This document shows positions 28,982 to 38,368 of a stretch of 39,587 nt of DNA, in pieces (position 1 is the first letter of the stretch; each line of letters begins with the position of its first letter). The position numbers and the translations under genes are program-made. Under the pieces are notes generated by a model that was not told where the DNA came from, did not search any database, and saw only the letters and a list, made by a program, of their open reading frames with translations. Source of the stretch: Candidatus Omnitrophota bacterium (GTDB taxonomy: Bacteria > Omnitrophota > Gorgyraeia > Gygaellales > Profunditerraquicolaceae); assembly GCA_040754615.1 (NCBI GenBank), contig JBFMBZ010000051.1, positions 1-39,587 of the forward strand, read 5' to 3'.

Positions 28982-29009
28982 TTGATTTTTAAACGAGGGA
29001 TGTTATAGT
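28982..29009 (+). promoter_or_regulatory. Probable extended -10 promoter
   Basis: TTGATT (28982), 16-bp spacer, TG-T-TATAGT (29001-29009); AAGGAGG SD at 29041-29047. Confidence 0.55.
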
Positions 29010-29051
29010 AAAAACAGAAATTTGACCACAAAGTAAGTACAAGGAGGCGAA

Positions 29052-29882
29052 ATGTCAAGAAGAGCAGCAGTCCCCGTCACGGCCCTAATTATACTTATAA
29101 TTATTTCTTTGGCGCTTGCCGCTACCGGATTTCTCCTTTTTCAAAAAGAGAAAGAAATCACCTTTGATTTACAGTCCCAGCTGAAAGAACTGAACGAAAA
29201 ACAAAAAGTGACCGAGAAAAACCTTGAGGAGTCCAGCAGGGCAGCGACGGAACTGCGCTCCAAAGTGCAGGAATTAAGGCAGCAGATAGATGTTTTAAGC
29301 GAAGATTTGCAAAAGGAGAAGATTGCTAAGCAGGAGTCCCTGACCAAGCTTGAGCTCTTAAAGGTTGATTTGGAAGAGCAAAGGGTTTCCCGCCAGGACC
29401 TGGAGAAGAAACTGAGCCAGGCAGAAGATGGGGTAAGAAAAGCGCAGTCACAATTAAAGGAGTTGGATAATCAGAAGAAAACCCTGGAAGCCAAGTTAAA
29501 GGAAATAGAGGCGCAAAACCAGGGGGTAGAGTTAGGCCAGATCGTGGTTACTCCGGAAACGGCTCCTGCAGTCGTGCAGAAAGAGACTCAAAGCGCTGCG
29601 CCCATAACTTCAAAGGCTGCGAAATATAGTACTCCTCCAGCCGCGTTGGGATTAGAAGGGAAAGTGTTAGTGGTAAATAAGGATTATAATTTCGTAGTGA
29701 TTAATCTCGGTACCAAAGACGGGGTTGCTATCGCAGATACTTTCGCATTATACCATTCCAACAGGTACTTAGGAGACGTAAAAGTAGAAAAGATACATGA
29801 TTCCATGGCCGCGGCTGGTTTTGTCACCGAAGGAGTAAAAGAACTTGCAAGCGAAGGTGACAGGGTTGTGCAAAAAAAATAG
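29052..29882 (+). CDS. Hypothetical membrane-anchored coiled-coil protein with C-terminal beta domain
   Basis: TM at about aa 6-29, ~125-aa heptad-rich segment, Pro/Ala linker, beta-rich tail (VVINLGTKDG); strong SD. Confidence 0.85.
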   Translation: MSRRAAVPVTALIILIIISLALAATGFLLFQKEKEITFDLQSQLKELNEKQKVTEKNLEESSRAATELRSKVQELRQQIDVLSEDLQKEKIAKQESLTKLELLKVDLEEQRVSRQDLEKKLSQAEDGVRKAQSQLKELDNQKKTLEAKLKEIEAQNQGVELGQIVVTPETAPAVVQKETQSAAPITSKAAKYSTPPAALGLEGKVLVVNKDYNFVVINLGTKDGVAIADTFALYHSNRYLGDVKVEKIHDSMAAAGFVTEGVKELASEGDRVVQKK

Positions 29883-31238
29883 ATGAGAGGCGTTTTTATA
29901 AGGCCCATTTCCAGCCTCAAAGGAAGTGTTAATCTTGCCGGAGATAAGTCAATAGCCCACCGCGCTCTCCTCATTAGCGCGATAAGCCCAGGGCAGACAA
30001 AGATTTCCAATGTTCCCGCCAATAAAGATTGCCTGGCTACACTTAATGTGATACGGAAGCTAGGAATCAAGTTTAAACAAAAATCATTCGATACCCAAAA
30101 CAGGGCAAAAGAAATAATCATTTACGGCAGAGGTTTAACTGGCCTTAAGAAACCCAGAGGTACAATAATGTGCGGTGAGTCCGGAACTACCTTAAGGCTG
30201 CTCTTAGGCATACTTGCCGGCCAGCCATTCAAGGCAAAGATTAGCGCGGTGGCAGCACTTTTAGACCGGCCGATGCTGCGCGTAAATCTGCCATTAAGGT
30301 TGATGGGCGCACACATTAATGCAAGACGCATAACGCCCAACACACAGGAAGAATACCCTCCCATTGTTATAGAAGGCGGCAGGCTTAAAGGGATTACTTA
30401 TACAATGCCGGTAGCTTCTGCTCAGGTAAAATCTGCTATATTGTTGGCTGGCCTTTATGCTTGCGGAGAAACGCATGTTATTGAGCAGATAAAGACACGT
30501 GACCACACAGAGAGGATGCTCGGCTTATTTAAGGCCAAAATAAAAGTTGTTGGAAATCATATAGTTATAAAAGGAAAAAGAGAATTAGTTACTCCGCGCC
30601 AAGTCTATGTGCCGGGAGATATATCTTCCGCCTCTTTTTTTCTGGCCCTGGGAATTTTGGCAGAGAACTCAAAGATCAACATCAAAAGCGTAAGTTTAAA
30701 TCCGTCGCGATTAGGCATAATCAGAGTATTAAAGAGGATGGGCGCGGATATTAAAGTTACAAAGTCACAAGGCCATAAGGCAACAGGTGAAGAGCCCACA
30801 GGAGATTTAACGGTTAAGAGTAGCCCCTTGAGGGGGACGGTAATTACAAAAAAAGAGATACCTTCTTTAATTGATGAAATACCCCTATTAATGGTTGTGG
30901 CAAGCCTGGCAAAGGGGGAGACTGTATTTGAAGGCGTGGGCGAACTAAGATTTAAGGAAACCGACCGCATAAAGTCCATGTCTGAAAACTTGAAGAAAAT
31001 GGGTGTTAAAATTAAGGTGATCAGCCCTAGAGGGTCTGAAAATATTGTTATCTCAGGAATAAAACGCCTTTATGCGGCTAGGGTTAGAAGTTTTCATGAC
31101 CATCGGACTGCGATGAGCATGGTGGTAGCCGCTTCTTTGGCTAATGGCACCACCTATATTGACGATGTAGGCTGCATAGCTAAATCCTTCCCGGGATTCC
31201 TCCCCTTGCTACATTCCTTACGGAGAAAAAGTTTGTAA
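29883..31238 (+). CDS. aroA: 3-phosphoshikimate 1-carboxyvinyltransferase (EPSP synthase, class II)
   Basis: GDKSIAHR, SGTTLRL, ASAQVKSA, RDHTERM, IDEIP, KETDRI and DHRTAM motifs. Confidence 0.96.
   Translation: MRGVFIRPISSLKGSVNLAGDKSIAHRALLISAISPGQTKISNVPANKDCLATLNVIRKLGIKFKQKSFDTQNRAKEIIIYGRGLTGLKKPRGTIMCGESGTTLRLLLGILAGQPFKAKISAVAALLDRPMLRVNLPLRLMGAHINARRITPNTQEEYPPIVIEGGRLKGITYTMPVASAQVKSAILLAGLYACGETHVIEQIKTRDHTERMLGLFKAKIKVVGNHIVIKGKRELVTPRQVYVPGDISSASFFLALGILAENSKINIKSVSLNPSRLGIIRVLKRMGADIKVTKSQGHKATGEEPTGDLTVKSSPLRGTVITKKEIPSLIDEIPLLMVVASLAKGETVFEGVGELRFKETDRIKSMSENLKKMGVKIKVISPRGSENIVISGIKRLYAARVRSFHDHRTAMSMVVAASLANGTTYIDDVGCIAKSFPGFLPLLHSLRRKSL
30318..30345 (+). repeat. 4 x 7-bp degenerate tandem repeat inside aroA
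   Basis: AATGCAA GACGCAT AACGCCC AACACAC; same family as the ribF array. Confidence 0.65.
30756..30787 (+). repeat. 4 x 8-bp tandem repeat inside aroA
   Basis: GTTACAAA GTCACAAG GCCATAAG GCAACAGG; same family as the murF array. Confidence 0.7.
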
Positions 31239-31246
31239 CTTTTTAT

Positions 31247-31275
31247 TTGACATTGAATTTAATCTCTGATAGAAT
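31247..31275 (+). promoter_or_regulatory. Sigma70 promoter of the mre operon
   Basis: TTGACA (31247-31252), 17-bp spacer, extended TG-A-TAGAAT (31267-31275); AAGGAG SD at 31294. Confidence 0.85.
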
Positions 31276-31305
31276 CTCCCCTATGTCTTCTAAAAGGAGA
31301 AAAAC

Positions 31306-32379
31306 ATGGCTCAAATAAAAGAATTTATAAAGAAATCTATTAATTATCTACGCGGCTTACTCTCCAATGACATCGGGATTGATTTAGGCACTGCGAGTAC
31401 CCTTGTTTACGTAAAAGGGGAAGGCATTGTGATAAGCGAGCCTTCGGTTGTAGCTATTGAACGTTCGACTTCCCGGGTACTGGCGGTAGGAAGCGAAGCA
31501 AAGAGGATGCTTGGCCGTACCCCGGGCAATATCGTGGCTATCAGGCCGATGAAAGACGGAGTAATTACTGACTTTGAGATTACGGAGGCGATGCTGCGCT
31601 ATTTTATCAGAAAAGTCCGTAAGGGGAGATTTCAACTTACTCCCCGCATCGTTATCGCCATACCTTCAGGTATTACCGAAGTAGAGAGGCGGGCAGTGAA
31701 AGAATCGGCAGAGCGTGCAGGCGCGCGTGAGGTTTTTTTGATTGAGGAGCCTATTGCCGCCGCTATCGGAGTGGGCCTGCCTATTCAGGAGCCCATCGGC
31801 AACATGATTATTGATATCGGTGGCGGAACAACGGAAATTGCGGTAATTTCTTTGGCAGGGACTGTTTTTTCCAAATCTATCCGCATAGGCGGCGATGAAA
31901 TGGATGAGGCAATTATTGAATACCTAAAAAAAACCTATAACCTGATGGTCGGTGAACGCACCTCTGAAGACATTAAGATAAAGATCGGCTCTGCTTATCC
32001 TTTGGATGAAGAAATGAGTTTGGAAGTAAAAGGAAGGGACCTGGTCTCGGGGCTACCTAAAATCGTAACCATAACTTCCGAAGAGATAAGGGAATCTTTG
32101 CAGGAGCCCTTAAGGGCAATCCTTGAAATTGCCAAAATTTCATTGGAGCGTACCCCTCCCGAATTAGCCGCAGATTTAATTGATCATGGCATAGTCATGG
32201 CCGGAGGAGGCTCGCTTTTGCGCGGCCTGGATAAACTTATCTCGGAAGAAACCGGACTGCCGGTGCATGTTGCCGAAGACCCCTTAACCGCAGTTGCCAA
32301 CGGCACGGGAAAAGTGCTGGATGAAATACGCTACCTGAAGAAAGTCACCGTCCCCATAAAGACAGAGATGCAGCCTTAA
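31306..32379 (+). CDS. mreB: Rod shape-determining actin-like protein MreB
   Basis: [31 protein letters not shown] and AGGGSLL motifs. Confidence 0.98.
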   Translation: MAQIKEFIKKSINYLRGLLSNDIGIDLGTASTLVYVKGEGIVISEPSVVAIERSTSRVLAVGSEAKRMLGRTPGNIVAIRPMKDGVITDFEITEAMLRYFIRKVRKGRFQLTPRIVIAIPSGITEVERRAVKESAERAGAREVFLIEEPIAAAIGVGLPIQEPIGNMIIDIGGGTTEIAVISLAGTVFSKSIRIGGDEMDEAIIEYLKKTYNLMVGERTSEDIKIKIGSAYPLDEEMSLEVKGRDLVSGLPKIVTITSEEIRESLQEPLRAILEIAKISLERTPPELAADLIDHGIVMAGGGSLLRGLDKLISEETGLPVHVAEDPLTAVANGTGKVLDEIRYLKKVTVPIKTEMQP

Positions 32380-32399
32380 GTAAAATTTCAGAGTAAGAT

Positions 32400-33173
32400 G
32401 TGTTTAGATTTGAGAAAAAAAACCTAATTAAACTTGCCCTTGCCCTCTGTATCGTCCTTACCCTCGTTTCGTTAAACCCTGTTTCAAGACAAATCCTGTT
32501 ATTTACTTTAAAATTCCCCCTCATATTATTGAAGGCTTCCCAGCGCGAGGCAATCGCTCTTTTTACTTTTCATAGAAATTTCTTTCAGAGCGAGAATTTG
32601 AGAAAGCAGATAGATTTATTAAATCAAGAAATCAATGCCTTGAAAGAACTGGAAACGGAAAATGAGAGGTTGAAAAGACTTCTTTCCTTGGGAGAAACCT
32701 TAAATTTCAAAGTTATAGTTGCAAGGGTGGTTGCCCATTCCCCGGACAGCTGGTCGCATGCTTTTTTAATCGATAAAGGCACCAGACACGGTGTGGCAAA
32801 GGGAATGACAGTAATGAGTTACCTGGGGCTGTTGGGCCGCATAATTGAAGCCAATCCAGGCACAAGCAAGGTGCTCCTGGTAAGCGACCCGAATTTTGCC
32901 GTCTCGGCGCTAGTGCAGCGCAGCCGGCAGGAGGGTTTGGTGTGTGGGACTCTTGGGGGCTACCTGATGATGCGCTATCTTCCCGCAGATTCGGACGTGA
33001 ATACAGGCGATACGGTTGTAACTTCCGGTTTAAACGGAAGATTCCCCAAAGGCCTGGTTATCGGTTCAGTCGTTGAAGTCCGGAAGGAATTTTCTGATTT
33101 AAACCGCTACGCGATAATCAAACCTGCAACTCCTCTATCCAGCATAGAAGAGATCTTGGTAGTCATACAATGA
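32400..33173 (+). CDS. mreC: Rod shape-determining protein MreC
   Basis: TM, coiled coil ENERLKRLL, IDKG and VTSGL.G.FPKGL motifs. Confidence 0.94.
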   Translation: MFRFEKKNLIKLALALCIVLTLVSLNPVSRQILLFTLKFPLILLKASQREAIALFTFHRNFFQSENLRKQIDLLNQEINALKELETENERLKRLLSLGETLNFKVIVARVVAHSPDSWSHAFLIDKGTRHGVAKGMTVMSYLGLLGRIIEANPGTSKVLLVSDPNFAVSALVQRSRQEGLVCGTLGGYLMMRYLPADSDVNTGDTVVTSGLNGRFPKGLVIGSVVEVRKEFSDLNRYAIIKPATPLSSIEEILVVIQ

Positions 33174-33652
33174 AAAAATGGTTTTTTATCCCTTTTATAA
33201 TCTTGTCGGGGCTGTTGCAGCTAACGGTGCTGGATTCCTGGCGGATATTCCAGGTCAAGCCGGACCTGCTGTTAGTCAGCATGGTCTGGGCTTGTTTTAT
33301 CTTTAACTTCAGGCAGGCCTTTCTCTTAAGCATCTTCTGCGCAGTCTTAAAAGATACATTTCTTCCCTGGCCGTTTGGCATAAATACAATTCTGTTTCCT
33401 CTTTGGTGTTTTTTGATTTTTAAATTAAGAAAGCAACTGACCTTGGATTATGCGCCGTTACAGATCGCATTAATATTTATTGTTACGCTCATGCAAAATA
33501 TTGCGACAGGGCTGATGCTGATTCTTATGGGCTATACTATTGCGGCAGGCATATTTTTGCGTATTGTCGGGGTTGGTTCTTTATACACGACCTTAACCGG
33601 CGCTTTATCATTATGGGTTTTGATGCGCATGAATTTGCTGCGATCGGAATGA
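33170..33652 (+). CDS. mreD: Rod shape-determining protein MreD
   Basis: Hydrophobic 160-aa protein with KPDLLL, lying between mreC and mrdA with ATGA overlaps. Confidence 0.88.
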   Translation: MKKWFFIPFIILSGLLQLTVLDSWRIFQVKPDLLLVSMVWACFIFNFRQAFLLSIFCAVLKDTFLPWPFGINTILFPLWCFLIFKLRKQLTLDYAPLQIALIFIVTLMQNIATGLMLILMGYTIAAGIFLRIVGVGSLYTTLTGALSLWVLMRMNLLRSE

Positions 33653-35355
33653 GGACAAAAACCGTAATTTGGGGTATTTTTTTCATCTTTGCGGCTCTCG
33701 CCACCGGCCTTCTAAACTTGCAGGTCATTCATGGCAAAAGCTATCGTGCCCTTAGCGATAAAAATTGCATCAGGTTGTTGCCTCAACTCGGCGCCCGGGG
33801 CAGGATTGTGGATACTACGGGCGAGGTAATAGTAGACAACAAGCTGGCCTATGATGCGCTTTACATCCCCCAGACAGGAGGTATTGAACAAACAATTGCC
33901 AATGTGTCTTCTGTCCTCGGCATTTCTCCCGCCGAATTAAAAAATATTATCAGGAAAAATATGGCGGGGCCCTCTGTAGCCGTGGTGTTAGCAAAGGACA
34001 TTGGCTTAAAGAAAGCCATAGCTTTGGAAGAAATAAAAATCGACTCTCCGGGGATAATGGTGCAGCAGCGGCCGGTAAGGCATTATCCTTATGAAAGCCT
34101 TGGTTGCCATGTCTTTGGCTATGTGAACGAAATTGACCGCTGGCGCCTGACAAAATTATCTGATTATGGCTATAAGACCAAAGACCTGGTGGGTTTCGGG
34201 GGCATAGAAGAAAAGTATGATTATTACCTGCGCGAGGAGGAGGGAGGAGTTTCTTTTCTGGTTGACCATGTGGGCAGGTTTGTGCGCTTGCTCGGTTACA
34301 GGGAAGCAGTATCCGGAAAGGACGTACAGTTAACCTTAAACCTGAAGGCACAAAAAATAATCGAAGATAACCTTAAAGGCCATAAGGGGAGCGTGATAGT
34401 CCTGGAGCCTTATAGCGGCGCCATAGTGGCAATGGCAAGTTACCCTGATTTTAGTCCTTCTTCTTTTACCGAGCATAGAACCGCTGAAATCTCAAGGGTC
34501 GTCCGGGATGCCGATTCCCCGCTATTAAACCGTGCGATAAGCGGGATATATCCGGCAGGCTCCGTGTTTAAGATTATCGTCTCCTGCGCCGGCCTTGAGA
34601 CAAAAAAAATCAATCTGAATACTTCTTTTTCCTGCGCAGGGGGTACTTACATCGGCAAGCAGGAGTTCTCCTGTTGGGATACCCATGGCCAACAGAGTTT
34701 AATCCCGGCGATCGCGCACTCCTGCAATGTTTTCTTTTATAAGACGGGAATAATGCTGGGCAGCGGCACAATTCATGACTATGCCGTTAAGTTTGGCCTG
34801 TCAAGGCCCGTTCCCCTTGAGCTGCCTTATGAGGCGAGCGGCTTTGTGCCTTCTGCTGTCTGGAGAAGGATTTATAAATTTAAGAGCTGGTATGCGGGAG
34901 ACACGGCAAATTTAAGCATCGGCCAGGGAGACCTGCTGGTTACGCCGTTACAGATGGCGCGCATGATTTCAGTTTTTGCTAACGGAGGCAATTTAGTCGC
35001 CCCTTACATAGTGAAGGAGGTCGAAGGCAAAACATTTAACCGGGCCAAAAGGCCCGTTTCCTTGGGCCTTAAGGAAACCACTATTGAATATATACGGGAA
35101 GGCTTAAGGCTTGCAGTTTCAGACCCCAAAGGCACAGCCAGCGTATTGTCCGGACTCCCTCTTCAGGCCGCTGGCAAGACCGGCACTGCCCAGGCGCCTC
35201 CCGGCCAAACGCACGCCTGGTTTGCGGGATTTTTTCCTTTTCAAAAACCAAAATATGTACTCTGTGTCTTCCTTGAGCGCGGAGGGCCTGGTTACGCTGC
35301 CAGTGTTATAGCCAGGCATATAATTGAAGCTTTTATCCAGGAGGGCCTGCTTTGA
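33649..35355 (+). CDS. mrdA: Penicillin-binding protein 2 (elongasome transpeptidase)
   Basis: ARGRIVD, YPAGSVFK, SCNVFFY, IGQG and KTGTAQ motifs; ATG 33649 overlaps the mreD stop. Confidence 0.94.
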   Translation: MRTKTVIWGIFFIFAALATGLLNLQVIHGKSYRALSDKNCIRLLPQLGARGRIVDTTGEVIVDNKLAYDALYIPQTGGIEQTIANVSSVLGISPAELKNIIRKNMAGPSVAVVLAKDIGLKKAIALEEIKIDSPGIMVQQRPVRHYPYESLGCHVFGYVNEIDRWRLTKLSDYGYKTKDLVGFGGIEEKYDYYLREEEGGVSFLVDHVGRFVRLLGYREAVSGKDVQLTLNLKAQKIIEDNLKGHKGSVIVLEPYSGAIVAMASYPDFSPSSFTEHRTAEISRVVRDADSPLLNRAISGIYPAGSVFKIIVSCAGLETKKINLNTSFSCAGGTYIGKQEFSCWDTHGQQSLIPAIAHSCNVFFYKTGIMLGSGTIHDYAVKFGLSRPVPLELPYEASGFVPSAVWRRIYKFKSWYAGDTANLSIGQGDLLVTPLQMARMISVFANGGNLVAPYIVKEVEGKTFNRAKRPVSLGLKETTIEYIREGLRLAVSDPKGTASVLSGLPLQAAGKTGTAQAPPGQTHAWFAGFFPFQKPKYVLCVFLERGGPGYAASVIARHIIEAFIQEGLL

Positions 35356-36467
35356 GTAAAAAGAAGAGAAGTTCATTTTATATAATCCTGGCAGTAGCAA
35401 TCCTGATTGCTGCGATAGGGATTATCTCAATATTCAGCAGCACGTACCGTAAAGAAGGTAAAATGTGGCAGGTGATTTATAAACGCCAGATCCTCTGGGT
35501 TTCTCTGGGGCTGGTTATTTTCCTTCTGGTTTCTAATTTGAATTACCGGGTATTCTGGGTGCTGACATATTTCCTTTATGCCTTATCCCTGGCTTTTCTG
35601 CTACTGGTGTTTATTTTCGGCGCGGTGCGTTTGGGCGCGCAGCGCTGGTTACGGATAGCCTGGTTTAATTTTCAGCCTTCGGAACTGGCCAAGTTAATAA
35701 TGGTAATATTCCTTGCGCGCTATTTCAGCAGCAAGTCTATAAGGGATATCGTGCTTTCTACGAGCCATTTTGGAATTTTTAGAGGCATCATCCTGCCTCT
35801 TTTATTTATCAGCGTTCCTGCCATTTTAATAGCCGAGCAGCCGGATTTAGGAAGCGCAATCATGATTTTCCTGATTTTCTTTGCCCTGCTTTATTTAAGC
35901 CTGGTGAAGATTAAATACATATCTGTCTTTCTGGTAATTTTAGTGCTGCTTACCCCGTTATCATGGCTGGTATTACGCGACTATCAGAAAGAGAGGCTGC
36001 TGGTTTTTTTAAATCCTAACATAGACCCCCTGGGCGCGGGCTATACCGTAATTCAGTCAAAGATAGCCATTGGCTCAGGAGGCTTTTTTGGCAAAGGATG
36101 GCTTTCCGGGACACAAAGCCAGCTGCACTTTCTCCCTGAGTCCCACACGGATTTTATCTTTGCCACCTTTGCAGAGGAGTGGGGTTTTTTGGGCTGCGCG
36201 GTGTTATTGGCGCTTTACTGCCTTTTGATTTATCAGGGGATACTGATCGGCCAAAGGACAAATGATTATTTTGCGCGGTTCCTTGCCTTCGGCATTTCTT
36301 TAATGTTGTGTATCCAGGTTTTTATAAATATTTCAATGAACCTTGGCCTTGCCCCGGTTGTGGGCCTGCCGCTTCCGCTTATGAGTTATGGAGGCTCTTC
36401 GGTATTGGTGACTTTTATTGCCCTGGGGATATTGGCAAATATTGACAAGACCAGGGCGGTGTTCTAA
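35352..36467 (+). CDS. rodA: SEDS glycosyltransferase RodA
   Basis: GAQRW, FQPSELAK, QPDLGSA, LPESHTDFIF and SYGGSS motifs; follows mrdA. Confidence 0.96.
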   Translation: MSKKKRSSFYIILAVAILIAAIGIISIFSSTYRKEGKMWQVIYKRQILWVSLGLVIFLLVSNLNYRVFWVLTYFLYALSLAFLLLVFIFGAVRLGAQRWLRIAWFNFQPSELAKLIMVIFLARYFSSKSIRDIVLSTSHFGIFRGIILPLLFISVPAILIAEQPDLGSAIMIFLIFFALLYLSLVKIKYISVFLVILVLLTPLSWLVLRDYQKERLLVFLNPNIDPLGAGYTVIQSKIAIGSGGFFGKGWLSGTQSQLHFLPESHTDFIFATFAEEWGFLGCAVLLALYCLLIYQGILIGQRTNDYFARFLAFGISLMLCIQVFINISMNLGLAPVVGLPLPLMSYGGSSVLVTFIALGILANIDKTRAVF

Positions 36468-36587
36468 ATGAGCAGATAACTTACACAGTCCCCAGGACTG
36501 AGTAAGTTATAGCGGAGCGTCTGCGAATTTATCCCGAGCTTACGTAGAAAATTTCGTAAGAAATTTTCAAGCGTTTAAGCGAGGGAT
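36467..36587 (+). repeat. Structured intergenic element, copy B
   Basis: GCAGA-[TAACTTAC-A-CAGTCC-CCA-GGACTG-A-GTAAGTTA]-TA-[GC-GGA-GC]-G-TCTGC three-way junction, then a long hairpin ATCCC..GCTT..GAAAATTTC-GTAA-GAAATTTTC..AAGC..GGGAT. Confidence 0.8.
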
Positions 36588-36598
36588 GGGAGTCGTAA

Positions 36599-38368
36599 AT
36601 GGACGACATACTTTTACAAGTCAATAAGCCTGGCCGTTACATCGCAGGCGAATGGAATTCTATCACTAAAGACTTCGCTAATTCACAAGTGAAATTTGCC
36701 ATCTGTTTTCCGGATTTGTATGAAGTAGGCATGAGTAACCTCGGGATAAGGATTATTTACGGCCTCTTAAACAGCATTCCTGATGTGGCCTGCGAGAGAT
36801 TTTTCTCTCCTGCGCAGGACATGGAGAATCATTTGCGTAAGCTCGGGCAGGAGATTTGTTCTCTTGAGTCAAAGAAAAAAATGAGCGATTTTGATATGGT
36901 CGGGTTTTCGCTCGGCTCCGAGCTGCTTTACACTAATGTGCTTAACCTGCTGGACCTGGGAGGTATTCCTTTAAAAGCGCGGCTGCGCACTAACGCCGAT
37001 CCTTTGGTCATCGGCGGGGGGCCCTGCGCATTGAACCCGGAACCCATGCATGAGTTTTTTGACCTTTTTATAATCGGAGAAGCTGAGAAGGCGCTTTTGG
37101 AAGTCATTGAAGCATACCGGAGCAATAAAGCAGGATTCAAGGCATCAAAAATCAGCCGCCAGGATTTATTATTTATTCTTTCGGGGATTAAAGGGGTCTA
37201 TGTCCCGTCTTTTTATGAAGCAAGGCACCATCCTTCGGGCCTGTTAGAAAAATTTCATCCTGTTATAGAAGGGGCACCGGATAAAATAAATAAGCGCATC
37301 GTAGAAGATTTTAATTCTTCTTTTTTCCCCTGTGATTGGATTATCCCCTATCTGCAGATTGTGCATGACCGCATCAGCCTTGAGATTATGCGCGGCTGCC
37401 CGAACAGGTGCAGGTTTTGCCAGAGCCGCTCCCAGTATTTCCCTTATCGGCAGAGAGAGGTCGGCACTGCGGTAAATCTTGCAAAACAGGCATTTGTAAA
37501 AACCGGATATGAAGAGATAGCGCTATCCGGCCTGTCGGTAAGCGACTTCCGGGGGATTGAAGAGCTTTCGCAGGAACTAGTCAGTTTTTTTAAGGAGAAG
37601 GCAGTGGCGGTGTCGCTTCCTTCTATCAAGGCAAAAATTGCGGTGGGAAATATTTCTTCCATGATTGCCAGCATTAAAAAAACAGGTCTTACATTCGCTC
37701 CGGAAGCAGGTACGGATGCGCTCAGGAGCATTATCGCGAAAGATTTCAATGAGCAGGATTTCTTCAGGGTGCTGGAAGAGGCATTTTTATCCGGTTATCG
37801 TCTGATAAAATTATATTTTATGATTGGCCTGCCCTGCGAAAAGAAGGAAGATTTAGATAGCATCATCGGTTTTTCGCTCGCCACTTCAGAGGCGAGGAAG
37901 AAACTTAAAAAAAATCCCGCTTTGGTAAATATAAGCATAAATACGCTCATCCCAAAGCCGCATACGAGCCTGCAATGGCTTGATATGATCGGCATTGACC
38001 AGATAAGAGAAAAACAGGATTATTTAAAAGAGAAATCAAAAAATAACAGGTTAAAACTTTCCTTTCATGACAGGTATATGAGTTTTGTGGAGGGCGTGCT
38101 TTCCAGGGGTGACAGGAGGCTCTCCGAAGTTATATACAGGGCATTCCTTAGAGGGGCAAGGTTTGATGCCTGGATGAGCCACTTCTCTTTTGAAAAATGG
38201 GTCGGGGCTTTTAAGGAAACAGGCATTGACCCCGAGTTTTATTTACGCAAGAAATCCCAGGAAGAAGCCCTGCCGTGGGATTTCATCAGCGTGGGGATAG
38301 ACAAAAATAATCTAAAGGCGGAGTATAACAAAGTGCTTGCTATTGAACGGGATAAAGGCTATAATTGA
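36599..38368 (+). CDS. B12-binding radical SAM protein (TIGR03960-like)
   Basis: KPGRY..GE.N, FPDLYEVGMSNLG, EIMRGCPNRCRFC, TFAPEAG, KLYFMIGLP and LPWD motifs; usual position after rodA. Confidence 0.9.
   Translation: MDDILLQVNKPGRYIAGEWNSITKDFANSQVKFAICFPDLYEVGMSNLGIRIIYGLLNSIPDVACERFFSPAQDMENHLRKLGQEICSLESKKKMSDFDMVGFSLGSELLYTNVLNLLDLGGIPLKARLRTNADPLVIGGGPCALNPEPMHEFFDLFIIGEAEKALLEVIEAYRSNKAGFKASKISRQDLLFILSGIKGVYVPSFYEARHHPSGLLEKFHPVIEGAPDKINKRIVEDFNSSFFPCDWIIPYLQIVHDRISLEIMRGCPNRCRFCQSRSQYFPYRQREVGTAVNLAKQAFVKTGYEEIALSGLSVSDFRGIEELSQELVSFFKEKAVAVSLPSIKAKIAVGNISSMIASIKKTGLTFAPEAGTDALRSIIAKDFNEQDFFRVLEEAFLSGYRLIKLYFMIGLPCEKKEDLDSIIGFSLATSEARKKLKKNPALVNISINTLIPKPHTSLQWLDMIGIDQIREKQDYLKEKSKNNRLKLSFHDRYMSFVEGVLSRGDRRLSEVIYRAFLRGARFDAWMSHFSFEKWVGAFKETGIDPEFYLRKKSQEEALPWDFISVGIDKNNLKAEYNKVLAIERDKGYN
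38337..38365 (+). promoter_or_regulatory. Probable sigma70 promoter embedded in the radical-SAM 3' end
   Basis: TTGCTA (38337-38342), 17-bp spacer, TATAAT (38360-38365); GGGAGG SD at 38398-38403. Confidence 0.65.

Noticed and set aside
36467-36530. Structured element as an integron attC site, tRNA, hammerhead ribozyme or intrinsic terminator
   Set aside because: It has AAC...GTT arms, but they do not fit RYYYAAC/GTTRRRY well, flank core genes, and no integrase is present. There is no cloverleaf or T-loop, no CUGANGA core and no U-tract.
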